From the NCBI GenBank assembly GCA_000320545.1, contig ADNK01001510.1, forward strand, positions 62,001 through 126,000: a stretch of 64,000 nucleotides of DNA, given 5' to 3'. The position numbers were made by a program, and so were the translations under genes. Below are positions 1 to 14,259 of the stretch, in pieces (positions within the stretch are counted from its first letter, which is position 1; every line of letters begins with the position of its first letter). The notes beneath the pieces were generated by a model that made no database searches, was not told where the DNA came from, and worked only from the letters and a program-made list of their open reading frames with translations. This DNA is from Bigelowiella natans CCMP2755 (taxonomy: Eukaryota > Protista > Cercozoa).

Positions 1-94
1 TCATACCAAATAAAGCAATCATCTAACCTGCCACTGAATTATGGCGACACGCCAAAGGGAGACGAGTTAGTTTGGAAGTATTCGTACAACGAGG

Positions 95-885
95 ATGCAT
101 GCAGGATACGATGAGGACGAGCTGCCCTTACTATCAGTTAAATTAAGAAGAAGCAAGTTCCGATCGAGTGAACAAAAGGCACAGCAGCAGCAGCAGCAGC
201 ATAGTCGAGGTGGTAGGGGGGCTGCTGCTGCTCTTCAGCGTGTAGGTCGTATTAGTCCTCAAAGCACTATATTTCAAAGTGCTGCAACGAGGAGCAATGA
301 GCCAGATACCAAAGAGTCGTCAAATACAGAGAGTGAGTATGTAAATAAGACAGGAGGAGTACGAACTAAAAACAACACAGGAAGAAGTCATCATCATCAC
401 ATATCTTCTTCGGATGATCGGAAACACCGTTCTAATGATGCAGCAGCGGCACCAGCAACTGCGGCCAGAGCGACATCATCAGCAGCTTACGAGGGGGGAA
501 CACGGTCATCCTTTAGGAGGAGAGATCCTCCATACACGCACTTCCAGAATGGGGGAAATAGAAGATCATTACAGCAGCAGCAGCCACAGCCGCCTAAAAG
601 GAAAAGTTTGCTTCAGATGCGAGACCAAGTCGAAATATCACGTGAGAGTGATCCACCACCTCATATATGCGCAAGGATTCATCTTCTATCGACTTCACAA
701 AGGTCTCGTAGTACCGTCACACGATTTTGATTTGATTCTAAAAAGACATGATATTCACCCTCCTCCTCCTTGAATTCTATTGTTGTAGATACATGCAAAC
801 TGCTCATATGAGTTCACATCGAACAACATATTGGAACCCTCCAAAAAATACCAAGGCCCTGTCAAAGATGGAGGTGTACATACTT

Positions 886-925
<40 letters not shown>

Positions 926-1222
926 ACATATGCTATCAACACGCATAGCTATCACGGACGCACACACCACACACACACACACATGAAAATTGTATGAATA
1001 ATCCCAGGAGCGCAAAGGTTTCTCATCATAGAGTTGATCAATATTTTTTATCTATGAATCATCAGGGATATGGGTTTCACAGCGAGTATCTCGAAGCACG
1101 GGGAGAGTATGGAATTTTACCAAGGCGCTTACGCCAAAACCTCATGGAAGCTGAAAAGGCTATGTACCATGCAAAGTACTATGCTTCAACTTGTTATCTG
1201 AAGAATCAAACTGTTATATAAA

Positions 1223-1292
<70 letters not shown>

Positions 1293-1536
1293 TATATATA
1301 ACAGCCAACACACACTCACACACACAAACACACACATAGGATGTATAAGATGCCTTCAGATTTAAATGGAAACTGCAGCAGCAGCAGCACTTTTTCCTTA
1401 TCTTCATCTTGACCACATTTGCTTCTTCTTCTTCTTCTTCTTCTTCTTTCTTCTGCTTCTCGAAGGCCCATAGGACTAGGTGTTTATGAGAATTCCATAG
1501 ACGTTGTTCTTCAAGATCTTTCCGTATACACGTAAG

Positions 1537-1571
<35 letters not shown>

Positions 1572-1719
1572 GTGATAATACATCGCGATCCTCGACGGCC
1601 TGTTGCTTGATTTAGCGTTTATTGGCGTCCAAATTCTCGAATATCGGGTCATTGGACATGATCCAAATATTGTCTTCTTATGCAATCATGCGATCACATC
1701 AAAAATCAAAATATCTCAG

Positions 1720-1759
<40 letters not shown>

Positions 1760-1923
1760 TATATTTGTTTGTGGTTTCTTTTTGTGAACAACGATAAGGT
1801 ATCAATTCTCAGAAGCACATCCTCAAGAGAAAGGGATATTGCCTGGAGAACTCCAGGCTGTATTTCTCGCAGATGATCAGGTTGTGTTGTTTTGAGATTG
1901 TTATGATAGTGATTGTGCTTCTC

Positions 1924-1957
<34 letters not shown>

Positions 1958-4956
1958 CAGTAGTAGTAGTAGCAGTAGTAGTTTGAGCCGTTCGGTAAGA
2001 AATTGTGAGGAGATGGGTGGTATTGACACTTGCTGCTTACAACATGAGAAAAGTAGTAACTTACGTTTGTCTTGGATGAATGTTACTTTGAGAGTAATAG
2101 CCATTACTACGTGTATTCTTAGATCAAGAAAAAGGAACAAGGTGTTGCAGCAACTGTTGCCCTTGTACACGAGAAGGTTTTCAAAAAACATACACACAAT
2201 TGTATATTCATCAATTGTTTATACGCGACAAGTAACTGACTAACTAACTTTTTGGTGTGTGCTTGCTCCACTACTCTGTGAGACAACTCGCTTATTCTCC
2301 CATTATCGTAGTATAATATATGTTTTGCGCGAAAACAGAAAAACAACGGAGTAATAAGGCGCATACCAAGATTTCCAATCACACATAGGATTCCAATCAC
2401 CGTGTTCTCCACGTTGTTTCTTTTTATTCTTCTTCTTCTTCTTCTTCTTCTTCTGCTAGATTTTGGTGGCATCTCTCCTGGGAGGAAGATCAGCTGTTGC
2501 TGTCTGGAATGCCAACCGCGAGAACTTGAATCTGAGGAAGGGTGCAGCAAGTTTTTTACCACAAGGTAGAGGGAGAAAGCAAGTAGGAGAGAGAGAGAGA
2601 GAGAAAGAAGGAGCTAACTTGGTGCATGGTGTCAATATTCTACTTGCTACTACATAAAGGCCTTTCTCGCAATATTTCTATTGGAGATGGTTTGAGTGCA
2701 AACGACGATGGACTTAAGACATCTACAAAATCTGGAGGAAGAGGAGGGGGATCAAACGGTCTAAATACAGACAAAATAACGGATAAATCATATGTATCAC
2801 TATCATCATTATTAAATGAGTGAAAGGATTCATCATTCATTGATTCGTTTGCTCTTAACTGTTGTCTTTCCTTAGCATTCCTACGCACATAGACTGTTAG
2901 AAATACTTAGAGACTCACATTGAGGGTATAACAACATAATTGATTGTTTGTAAGAAATTGCAGGAGGAGTTTCATATCCAAGGGAACAAGCTCACGTGAT
3001 TAGGAGTCAGTAGTGCTGTGTTTAATATACATTATTTAAAGGAAGCTTTGAGCTGTGATGAATTATAGAAAGTTACAAGAACAAAACAACGACGAGAGAA
3101 GATGCTATAATCAAATAATTTCGTGTTTGCGTGCATGAAATCCGTTGGGTAGTAGTAGTAGTAGTAGTAGTAGTAGTCAAGTATTGCTGATACTCCGTAC
3201 GTGCTTGTCTCCTCAGGCAATGCTGTAGAGAGTCTATTCCTCTTTGGTTTTTATCACAAGATTTGTGTACTTTCCTTGAATCCGAGGGAAATGCCGACAC
3301 CAGAAAAGAAGAAAGGTAGTAATAAGTGGTGGTATCACGAGTAGTAATCAGCACCGATCTTGCTATGGCACTAATTATGATTATGATCATGATTATCATA
3401 CCTAATCAAAACGCTATGTGCCCGAAAATAATTTCTATTTGTTTTGATATTTAATATGATTGTTTCTGTTGGTGATTAGGAGACTGTTCATTTGCGATAG
3501 AAGCTATGCATTTATTCGACTCAAATCAACGTCTGGTTTGGCTTGATTTTGAAAATCCAAATACTGCTGTTGCAGCAGCAGCTTCTGAGGCAAAAAAGAG
3601 ACACGGTTGGAATCTCTTGTTCTAAAATTATTATCGTCATATTAAGAAGCCTATACTAGGGAAGAAGAAGAAGAAGAAGAAGAAGAATAATAATAACAAT
3701 AAAAAGTAAAATTGTTCCATGCTGCATTTGGTAGAAACAATTGGTGTGCAAACACACACACATACACATACACATACACATACCGTTTAGAAGACGACGG
3801 CGGTCATATCGGAGCTGCTACCAATATACTACTCGTATACGAGGAGGTTGAATCTAAATAAAGACATTATATTTTGAAAAAGAAGCAAGCAAAACAACAA
3901 ACAACGATAAAAAAATGATGATGATGATGATAATGATGATGATGATGATGAAAGCAGAATGAGGGGGAGGAAGGTGAGATGAAAGAATATAATCGTGCAT
4001 ACTACAAGCTCCGTACGTCTCTGTTTTCCTGGTGCTCTGTTACATATCAACATCACTAGAAAGTAGGAGTGCTTTTAGTAGAAGTAGTAGTACTAGTGGA
4101 TACTAAGAAACAGCAGTAGCAGCAATATGAAATACACTAAAATCATCACATAACCATCACCATCACCATCATCATCATTTGTTTCAGGCAAGCTCATTGA
4201 AACCCAACATTCAACGCATCATCGTTCGTCGTGGGGTGTACAACAGAAGGATTATGCCGACGGCAAGTGGGAGGGATAGGAAGAATATTAATAGTAATAG
4301 TAATAATAACAGAGATTCGGCTACTGGTGCGAGTATTGTTCTTGGAAATGAGACGGTAATTAAATAAAGCACAGCATTGGGAGGAAGGCAGTAGTAGTAG
4401 TAGTAGTAGTAGTAGTACCAGGAGGAGGAGGAGGAGGAGGAGGAGGAGGAGGAGGTGAAGAACCAAACAAGTTGTATGATTATGTCAATCTGATTTCTAC
4501 GGCTAAGTTGCTTAAATACTGTTAGATTGCATCTCATGATTTATAAGTTAATGGCTTGGTGACGTATATGATAATAATGATTACAGGATCCATCACAGTG
4601 TTGTGTGTGGGAACTTCCCATACCACTGGAAGTAGGAGGAGGAGGAGGCGGAGGAAGGCCTACGGTAATAATAATTATACCAACAACAACAACAATAATA
4701 ATAATAATAAATATGATAAGATCCACCCACCACAAATCGACTACATAATATAGGATTAGGAAGGAAACAAGGAAGAGAGATAGATAACCTGACAAATTGA
4801 TATAATATGCACTTATCAGCAATCACCATCAGTTATTAGTAGTTATTAATACTAGTGTTGTAATTATTGCTGTATCTTCCGGATGATAGGTTACTGCTGT
4901 TGGATATGCAAAGAAAACAGATCGATTGGCCATAGGTTACAGCTCATACTGGCCAG

Positions 4957-4994
<38 letters not shown>

Positions 4995-6172
4995 CATCAT
5001 CAATCGCTCGTTGTTTCCTTGTACTAGTAGTTGACATCAAACGGGTGACTGATGATAAAGATAAAGATGATGCATGTATAGATAGTAGTTCCGTTTGCAA
5101 GAGTTATAAGCACTACTATCATCATTAATTACTACATATATCTGTTATTACTATCAACCTCCCCAGGGTTAGATACTGGAGACCTCATCTTAGTGGACAT
5201 TGCTCGCCATACCAATCACACAGCAGCAGGAGGAGGAGGAGGGGGAAGAAGAAGAAGAAGAGATGGAAAGAAGAATAACAACGATGATGGCAGCATTCAT
5301 GAGCTATGCCGAGTTACGACAGGGCACTCTCATCACGTGATGCAGATTAAATGGTAAAGAGGATTCTATCTGCTTACTCCTTCATTTGTCCACAACAAAA
5401 TGCTGTAAGATTGCAATAATCCTGCTGTTGTCTTAGAAAGCTGATGTTTCTTCGTGTAGTTGTGGCGGGTGCAAGTTGCTAGGAGTGTTTACCCTGATTG
5501 TTGTTGTTGTTGTTGCTACTGCTGTTTTTCCTGGGCAATACAGGCATCCCTTGTGCACGTGGTTCATTGCTATGTTCTCCTCTGGCCAAATGAGAGCTTA
5601 TGACTGGTGGCTTGGATAGCATAAAGATAGTATCGACGACGATGATGATGAGGATGATAATGATGATTACTGTGTGTTTGTATACATGTGATATATAGAA
5701 GGGTACACACATACACACATATGCAATAGTCACCACCTTATGTAATCGTTGTTTTGACATTCATCATGAGCATTATCATCGTCGTCTTTGTCGTGATCAT
5801 TATCATCACCATCATCATCATCATCTTCACATCATCATTTTAGGGCTTTGCAGCCTCTCTACATCTATCAAGACGCTGGCTTAAGTAATATAAGAATACA
5901 TTAACCATAACCATGCAGTATTAGTGTAGTTTTAATTATGATCATCATCATCATCATCATCATCATCAAAGAATTATTACTAGTTATGAATGGCATCAAT
6001 AAGTTGCTGATATTAGCCGTAGCAGCAGAGCTGAGTAAATGGAATGTAAACGCATCATATCGTCTGCCTCTCCTCTACACTTGATATTATCGATTATCGA
6101 TCATGCAGAGGAAATAGTGAGTGTTACTATTTATGATCATCAGATAATTCATAATAGCGACTACATATAAAT

Positions 6173-6225
<53 letters not shown>

Positions 6226-6768
6226 ATATTATATTTGCTGATGTCAACTCGTATGCTATTTTAGGCAAAATCTCCATTGATATAGCTGTAGACTCCTCCC
6301 TTCCTGTGCTAGCAGAATGGAAACTTTCATCATCATCCAGTAGACTACGCAATGGGGGAGGACAACAAGGATCTTCAGGTTATTCTGCTGCTACCGGTAC
6401 TGGTACTACGGCACCTAACAACATCTTCTCACCAATGGGAGGTGGCGGAGGAGGAGGAGGAGGAGGAAATGCAATGGGGGACCATGTGAGACAGCAGTCG
6501 TTGATGACGCACAGATATGAGGATTGGGAATTAGTAGTAGTGCATGCTGCAGGACCGATATACGTCGTTCGTTTCGTTGCTGCGATCAGGGTAGTAGTAG
6601 TAGTAGCAGTAGTAGTAGTAGTAGAGATAACATCAACAGAACAAGAATTACATCACAAACACAAACAAACACACTCTTGAGGCGTCGATTGATTCATCAT
6701 TATCATCTATTAATTACTTTCAACCAAACTTACGATGTATAAAGAAGAAGAACACACACACACACGTA

Positions 6769-6808
<40 letters not shown>

Positions 6809-8652
6809 TGTGTGTGTACGTGGTATCTTTGTTGATTTGTAGACATCGGCCAAGATTGCAGATCCACTGTGCATTACACAACAAAGACTATCATTTGGTC
6901 AGATTAAACAGGTAATTGCTCCACACTACTATCTTTAATTATAGATTTGCATATCAAGTATATATCATTTATCTACTACTTATTAGATATCAGAGAAGGA
7001 ATAGGAGGGGGGCACTTGCCTATGTAGAGAGTAGTAGTTTTAGTAACAAAAAACAAATTTAGACAACAAGAGCTCTATTCCGTTTATGATATATGTGTTA
7101 TCGTCGTAACACTACTACTGTGACTACTATATGGCCCCCCTCCTCTCCCCCTCCTCCTCTTCCTCCGGTTTTTCCTCAGGCTATTCGAGGAATTGAGTTT
7201 TTGAGAGACAATAGCACCATCGTTGCTTGCCTGACTCTCATTGTCAGCAGGTTGTAGTAGTAGTAGTAGTAGTAGTAGTAGTGTTAGAAGTGAAGAATAC
7301 TCTCCCAGTGTGTGGTGCTTCTAGTCCTATCATGGTGGTAATAATAACGTCATCCATGATTATATTAGGCTATTGAAGGCAGACCCAACTCCGGACGGAT
7401 CTCATACCATATCTGGAAATTTCCAAAGGCTTGTGCAGATATTCACGACATATTGGCCAAGGTAGAAGTACCACTTCTTACTGCGATCATGCTGCTGTAT
7501 GCCTCCAGCAGCAGCACCAACCACTACTACTACTACTATTCACTGATGGACAAAAGACAGTTGTTGTTGTTGTTGTTGTTGTTGCTGCTGCTACATCTTG
7601 TTCTTGCCTTATTTGTTCACCTTTGCTCATCGTAAATTTTGTATATATCATACATCATCATCATGATGATGATAATACCGACTAGGGTTATATTTTGATG
7701 GCAGCGTATAGCAGCTTGCGCACCTGCTGTTGAAATAATGATAAGTGAATATCTGCTCGTTTCTACTTCAGGTTCTCCTCTACAAATGCGGAATATCACA
7801 GTCAAATCACGGTGCTTTTCATTGGTATGATTGCACGAAAAGTTCCTCACACCAAGCATTTAGAACGAATGGAAAAATTGAAAAACCGCATTTTTGAGAC
7901 CATCAATTAAATCGATTATCTAATCAGCACTATCATCTACAATGTGCACTATATCACATAATCAATAGTATCAATGACTTTCGTTACTATTCCCTTTCAA
8001 AAATATTCCAATGATACGCTTTCAATAATGATGATGATGATGATGATGATGATTAACTTAGCCGCTGATAATGCTGTACACATACTTCGCACACATTGTC
8101 GCGTCTGCATCAGAAATCATAGATCAAGCGTGCACGTTAAAGCGGTACACGGAAGCTTATACCCTTGCGACTGCAATGAGAACGAGACAACCGTAATAAT
8201 AATAATATATGATGATGTAGTAATGTAGAAGGAGGAGGGGGTAGATTCGAGAAGTTCATTCCATGATACTTAAACTCTGCAGTATAAAAACAGTATAATG
8301 AAGATGATAATGATAATGGCGATGATGATGATGATGATGATGCTTTGGTTGTCGCATCATTCTATTCTTTTCAAGTAGCAGTATACACACAGGTTCCTAA
8401 AGATTTTACACTGGCTTCATCTCGATAACGATGCTCCTGCTTTCTTAAAGCCCCTCATAATTGACCAAATTTCATCTGGTGTTACTGGTAAGGAGAGAAG
8501 ACAACATCACGCTTTGAGCTCCTCTTCTTCTTCATTTCCCTACTACGCATACCTATTATCTCACCAAATATGCCTATTGTAAGTGCTATGCGAACACGGA
8601 GTAGGATACACAGAATTTATGTGTTTTTGATGCACGCACTCTGTCGTGTGCG

Positions 8653-8696
<44 letters not shown>

Positions 8697-8923
8697 GTAA
8701 GTGAATGCATTAAAATCTTTCTCTCTTTTTCCAATTTCTTTAACTCTACCCTAGCTTACGACTCCTATCCTTCCTTGAGACTACTACTACTACTCTACTA
8801 CTTCTACTAAAACTACTACTATTTTGCTATTTCGCAATATATGAATCGTCAATATTGTCGTTGACTTCCAGTCCCATTCTTCTCTACTTTCTTGTCACGA
8901 TTATCGATCAACTAGTTAATCAT

Positions 8924-8958
<35 letters not shown>

Positions 8959-9370
8959 GCGTATGTGAATTAATAGAATACGGAATACCGAAACGGCGAG
9001 ATGAAGACGATAAAAATCAAGAAATGGATGATCAAGATCGACAATATGTATCACAACCTCCTATAGAAGGCCAGCTTTTGAAGGTTAATTTGTTAGAACG
9101 CCCTGTTACTCATTAATATATACATATATTGATGGGATTGGGAAATGATGATGGCCTTCACTTATGATTGATGATGCCATATTGACCACCGGTTTCCTCC
9201 TCCTCCTCCTCCTCCTCCTCCTCCTCCTCCTATTTGTTTCTTATCAATTGCTTCTTGGTCTCTTTTGTGAAACTAGAATCTTGAAAAAGCTATGGAAATG
9301 CAGGGAGATGGCAGGTTGTGTGGTAGTAGTAGTAGGTTGTTGTTGTTAGTTAGGACGATGCTGACGTCAC

Positions 9371-9407
<37 letters not shown>

Positions 9408-9444
9408 CCTACAAAAGTAAGATGGTTGACGACCGCAGCACACA

Positions 9445-9482
<38 letters not shown>

Positions 9483-10257
9483 AAGCAATATCAACCGTAA
9501 CATCTGTAGGATTTTGTCACCAGCATTATTTAATGTATTCATTAATTGTTCCTTACACCTTGATTCACTCCCATGTTATTCTACCAGTTGTTATTGTTGG
9601 TTTCTAGTACTACTACTGCTGCTGCTGCTACACATAGCAGCTAGCTATGCGCTACCTGTTGATCATGTATGATTTTCGAATACTATCGACGTATGATAGG
9701 CTGAAAGAAGCCATAGAAATGTACACAAATATGGGGGAAATAGATTCAGCCCTGTCTCTATGGAAAACAGCCAAATTTCTTGAGCTTCATGGGATAGGTA
9801 ATCGCAAGTGAAAATCGTGCGTATTCTATCTACCACCACTCTGTTACGATATGCTAAGAATTTAGCGACAGTTACGATTGTATTTGATGGCGATAATAAG
9901 GCCAAATAATGCAACTTCTTCTCTGATTCAGTGGGCTATGAATAAGATCTTTTTGTTTGGAGCTGCTTTGTATGGAGTAATGAGTTATTTTCCTGGCAAA
10001 TATTGAATTTGTTAGGCAATATTCCTACAGTTTCGATGGATCGGAATAATACAGCACGAAGAACTGACAACGAATCCTCTGCACCTATGCGAAGGAGGTT
10101 TGGAAATATTAGTGGGAATATTCGGTCTCCCACATCTACTTTAGTCGCAAAAGGAGAAGAAGAAGAGGAAGTAGAGCGACCGCTGACTGCGATGTCAGCC
10201 GCCACAGGTGTCACTGGCGTGCTCGACAGAGCGGATTATGTATTCCGACGAGCTTGA
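95..10257 (+). CDS. WDPCP: WDPCP/Fritz (CPLANE ciliogenesis beta-propeller protein), multi-exon (>20 exons); 5' end uncertain
   Basis: GT-AG exons translate to segments that follow WDPCP motifs in order, as I recall them: EYLEARGEYGILPRRLRQNLMEAEKAM (1067-1174); ILPGELQAVFLADDQ (~1835-1880); ILVASLLGGRSAVAVW (2460-); GLDTGDLILVD (5167-); WHPLCTWFIAMFSSGQMRAYDW|ALQPL (5543-5605|5844-); LVVVHAAGPIYVVRF; AIRGIEFL..ACLTLIVSR|LLKADPT. Last exon ends TGA at 10257. Low-complexity N-terminal ORF at 95-~640. Confidence 0.75.
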
Positions 10258-10379
10258 GAGCAGTGTACATATGGCAAGGAATAAGCGATGAATGATTTCC
10301 TTAGGCGGCGCACTATCGCTCATTTAGTACCTCAAACAATTTCTCACGAATTAGAACATTTTGTGTCTGCGTGCACCGA

Positions 10380-10980
10380 AGTTCATTGCAATTGCATGAA
10401 CACGACGTTTTGAAGACGACTGTCGCAAACATGCAAAGACGTCACTGCTACTAGGTGTGGGCATGGACAGTCGTACGTGCGTCGTCACTCGTGATGATCG
10501 TCTTATTCATGATATGCATGAGCCATACGATGAGTCGTCGATCAGATGAGACCAGCAAACAGTGTGCAACATTTAATCGCTGCAGCTAACACAGACCAAT
10601 CTAGCAATAGAGTTAACATTAGCGCTGCATGTAGCCGCTGCATTGCACAGCTACATGCGACGATGACGATCAAACAAATTTAATTGATTAATTGCATCCG
10701 TCTTGCATCACGTTGCCATTGATCTAGCTACTGTCGTCACTTTGAACATTGTCGTAGTCGATGACGCCCTCCCATGCACACTTTATCACGTTCTTGCGAT
10801 GTGCAGCAGTTGCATGGCACATGCGATCAACTGTGGCTGCACGACTACACTTATACTATGCAGCATACACCCATGCGTGCTTCTATGCTAGCATGCTAAT
10901 TCTCATTTGCATCATCTCCCCCGCGTACGTGCCGATGTGTACGCATGCCGCATATACTAGCATACATGAAGCTTTAAAAT
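10380..10980. other. TpA-depleted, TG/CA-rich intergenic island 1 (between convergent WDPCP and MORN1 3' ends)
   Basis: Rich in GCATGC/TGCA/CACG; partial loss of TA, with many surviving TA in CTA/TAG context. Confidence 0.6.
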
Positions 10981-11051
10981 TGTATTGACTAAATTAGGGA
11001 CCCTCCCTGAGAAAATTGTTGACATGTTGCATAATTCATGATTGTATTCAT

Positions 11052-11445
11052 CTAAAACGCGGGCTCCGTCCAAGGAGACGCACTGCTGAATTTGTAAACA
11101 ACACCCGTAGACTGAAGGACTCCGTTTTTCCATGTTCCTGACACTGACGACCCGTTCTTGAACCTGTTAAACGCAGAACATTAAGAAGAAATATAAACAA
11201 TGAATGAGAAGGCTTTTACTTTATAGGACCAACACGGAAAGATGATGAAAATTTCAGTTGAATTCACGAGACTATTTCGTTGCAATTCTTTCGTATGTTC
11301 TTACGCTATTGTCCCCTTTCCGTGGCGCTTATCATTTGCCCACTCTCCCTCATAGCGAGACCCATCACTTTTGCAGACTAATTCACCTGATAACAACGAG
11401 AATAAGGTGAATCAGCTGCTACGTTTATATATGTAATATTTAGAG

Positions 11446-11492
<47 letters not shown>

Positions 11493-11604
11493 CAAAAGCT
11501 TAAAATGGTGTAATGTGATACGTCACATATATTTATGCTGACACGTATTGTAGCCGATGCTTATATTATTACTGTGGTTGCAGCCGTCGATAATGGGACA
11601 TATA

Positions 11605-11662
<58 letters not shown>

Positions 11663-11943
11663 CCTTGTCCATGCCTCATGTCGTCCATCCATTCACCCTC
11701 GTATACATTTCCTGTAGCGTAAAAGAGCTTTCCTTTTCCACAGACCTTGTCATTTATCCAAGTGCCCACGAACTTGTCTCCATCTTTCAGACTCAATTCT
11801 CCTTTTCCATGTTTAACTCCTTTTTTAAACTGTCCAACGTACTTCTCTCCTCCTTCGTAAACAACCTAACGCCAGGAACAGTCGTTTACTGTTGATGTTG
11901 TTGTTTCGTCTTGACACAACGAAGGACTTTGTAAGCTTTGGGT

Positions 11944-11987
<44 letters not shown>

Positions 11988-13217
11988 TGTATATTATACC
12001 TCCCCTTTGCCTTCAGCAAGGTCATCTACCCATTCACCCCTGTAAGAGCCACCATTGGCATATTGAAGCACCCCATATCCATTCTGATTTGATAGCATGA
12101 CACAAAATATAAGTACAATAAAAGCGACAATGACGAATATGCTATAAATAATCTGAGAATTGTGATTATATTGTCCTTAGGAGCATTAATCAAAGTTTGT
12201 AGAAACGAATCATCCTCATTAAGTTTCTCTTCCTCAATCATCCAAAATATAGCTCAGTGGTAATAGTATTAGTCGTAGCTGTACCTTATTATCACCCTTA
12301 AATTCTCCGGTAAATACATTCTGATTTGAATACTTGTAGACCCCATTTCCTGATTGGATTATTACATCACGGTCATTGTTTGGCATCGATCAAAGCCGTC
12401 CGCATGTATTACATGATTGTATAAGTTCACGAGTTGCAGCAGCGTTGAAATGTTCTAATGGCTGCTACTACTACCACTACTACTACACTATTAGTACCTA
12501 CATCTTATACCTTCCATCTTGCCGTTGATCCAATCTCCCTCAAAATAGCTCCCATCAGCATGAGTGTATTTTCCTTTGCCGTGCATTTTATCATTTTGCC
12601 ACTCTCCCTGTAAAATTAGGAAATGTCCATGAATGAAAGACTCCTTCACATTCCTATTTTATGCCTGTGGTGAAACGCTAGAAAGGAAAGAAAAATAAAT
12701 CTTAGAAAGTACCATTTTTATGGTATATATTACATAATACTGCAAGAATAATAGCGTTCACCTGATAGATCTCCTGACCACCACTCCCTCCCGCAAATGT
12801 CATAGTTCCGAACCCATGTCGAAGTCCATTGCGCCACTAAAACAAAAGATATCGCCCATGTTAGGATTGTAATTACTATTTTACGGAAATGTGTTAAAAT
12901 GATTCTGTAAATAGATGCATGATGCTCCTCCTTTGGGAAGAGAAACAAGCTGCGATCATCAAACAACCTCTCCAACGTGTTTGTCCCCGTTTGCATAGTG
13001 ATAAACTCCTTGTCCATGCATTTTTCCATCCCTTAGCTCTCCATTAAATGTTTCGCCGTCAGGATAAACAAGAGTTCCCCTGCCAATTTGACGATCTTCT
13101 TTCCACTCAGCTGTTAGCACCACGTACTCGCTAGACGCAGACCCCTTAGAGAAGGACAATCCATTGTCATTTATTCTAGCTCTAAGTAACTAAATAACAC
13201 TATTCTTACAGCTGAGA

Positions 13218-13249
<32 letters not shown>

Positions 13250-13389
13250 CGTATTATGACCTCGTCGGGGTAAAACATTTGTCCAGGGCCGTCTCTGTTC
13301 CCGTTTACGAAGTGACCCTCATATTTTATACCATTTGGGTATGTCAGAGTACCCTTGCCCTGTTCAAATATTATTCGGTAAACATAAGC

Positions 13390-13421
<32 letters not shown>

Positions 13422-13422
13422 A

Positions 13423-13457
<35 letters not shown>

Positions 13458-13460
13458 TTT

Positions 13461-13506
<46 letters not shown>

Positions 13507-13629
13507 ATTTTTACATGTGACGACACCACCTTCCCCCCATCACAAATCATTGCAATGCTAACTACAATTTTGATTGTTTGAAGTCCTTACGTGCATTTTT
13601 CCGGCCTTAAGGCCTCCAGTGTAAAGCAT
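11052..13629 (-). CDS. MORN1: MORN-repeat protein, MORN1 type (Toxoplasma/trypanosome MORN1-like), multi-exon
   Basis: ATG at 13629: MLYTGGLKAGKMH|GKGTLTYPNGIKYEGHFVNGNRDGPGQMFYPD. Repeated YxGxWxxGKxHGxG units follow (GEWQNDKMHGKGKYTHADGSYFEGDWINGK; GNVYEGEWMDDMRHGQG; SRYEGEWANDKRHGKG). C-terminus ...GTWKNGVLQSTGVVYKFSSASPWTEPAF* resembles the MORN1 tail. Confidence 0.85.
13391..13506. repeat. Long imperfect (GTA)n microsatellite in MORN1 intron 1; representative of the many (TA)n, (GTA)n, (GAT)n, (GAA)n, (CAA)n, (GA)n and (CA)n tracts in introns
   Basis: Seen directly in the sequence. Confidence 0.95.
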
Positions 13630-14259
13630 AATGAAATTTTAGGTATATTAGTGAGACTTTGAGAAGCAATTTTCCTTCTTGTTTCTAGAAGGAGAGGGGA
13701 TGGGTATAGCTTGTGGTAGCAGGTCCCGTGCACCACGATCGTAATTATCTATCAGTTAGTTGATATTTTAGCTTTTGTTCACAGAGAATTCGATGGGAAT
13801 AATACTCCCTAGTATGCGATTTTTTTCAGAAAACGTTATATATTGGGAAAACTTTAATAATTTATAGACAATCTTCCAATATTAGCGTTAATAATTAGTG
13901 AAATTTGGATCTTAAAGGCCCCGTGTAACTTCGAGATCTTATGGAGACTAATTGGAGAACTCTGACAAATATCGGCAGGCTACGACGCAGCGAATAATTC
14001 CAGAATTTATGTAGTCGCTTTTAATAAAAGGGGTCCTATTTTTGAAGTACGTGACTACTCGTAGGATTCGTACTACGACTCATCAGTCGCTCCGAGCCCA
14101 TCCCACATTCCGAAACCAACGAGTAGAGGAAAACAATTGCTATCATCATTTTATTGAATACCATTCTTTTAAACTCTTAAAGTTGAATATTAATCAACTA
14201 ATACTTCTGAATATGGGGATTTGAAACGCTGCATCGCAAACGTAATAAGCGGCACAGGG
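13630..14259. promoter_or_regulatory. Probable bidirectional promoter (MORN1 / fucosyltransferase)
   Basis: Short AT-rich spacer between divergent starts, lacking microsatellites, with normal TA content. Inferred from gene orientation only. Confidence 0.4.

Noticed and set aside
2640-2888. Protein-looking minus-strand ORFs at 1186-3399 suggesting a separate gene
   Set aside because: They are antisense to GT-AG exons of the + strand WDPCP gene, which carry the conserved motifs.
11047-11059. 13-mer TTCATCTAAAACG shared with 46015-46027
   Set aside because: Flanks do not align and one copy overlaps the MORN1 stop codon; compatible with chance.
13110-13262. Apparent non-canonical GT-AC intron in MORN1 that would give a perfect repeat register
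   Set aside because: Canonical in-frame AG acceptors exist just upstream (tctaag|ggg or cgag|tac), so no non-canonical splice is needed.
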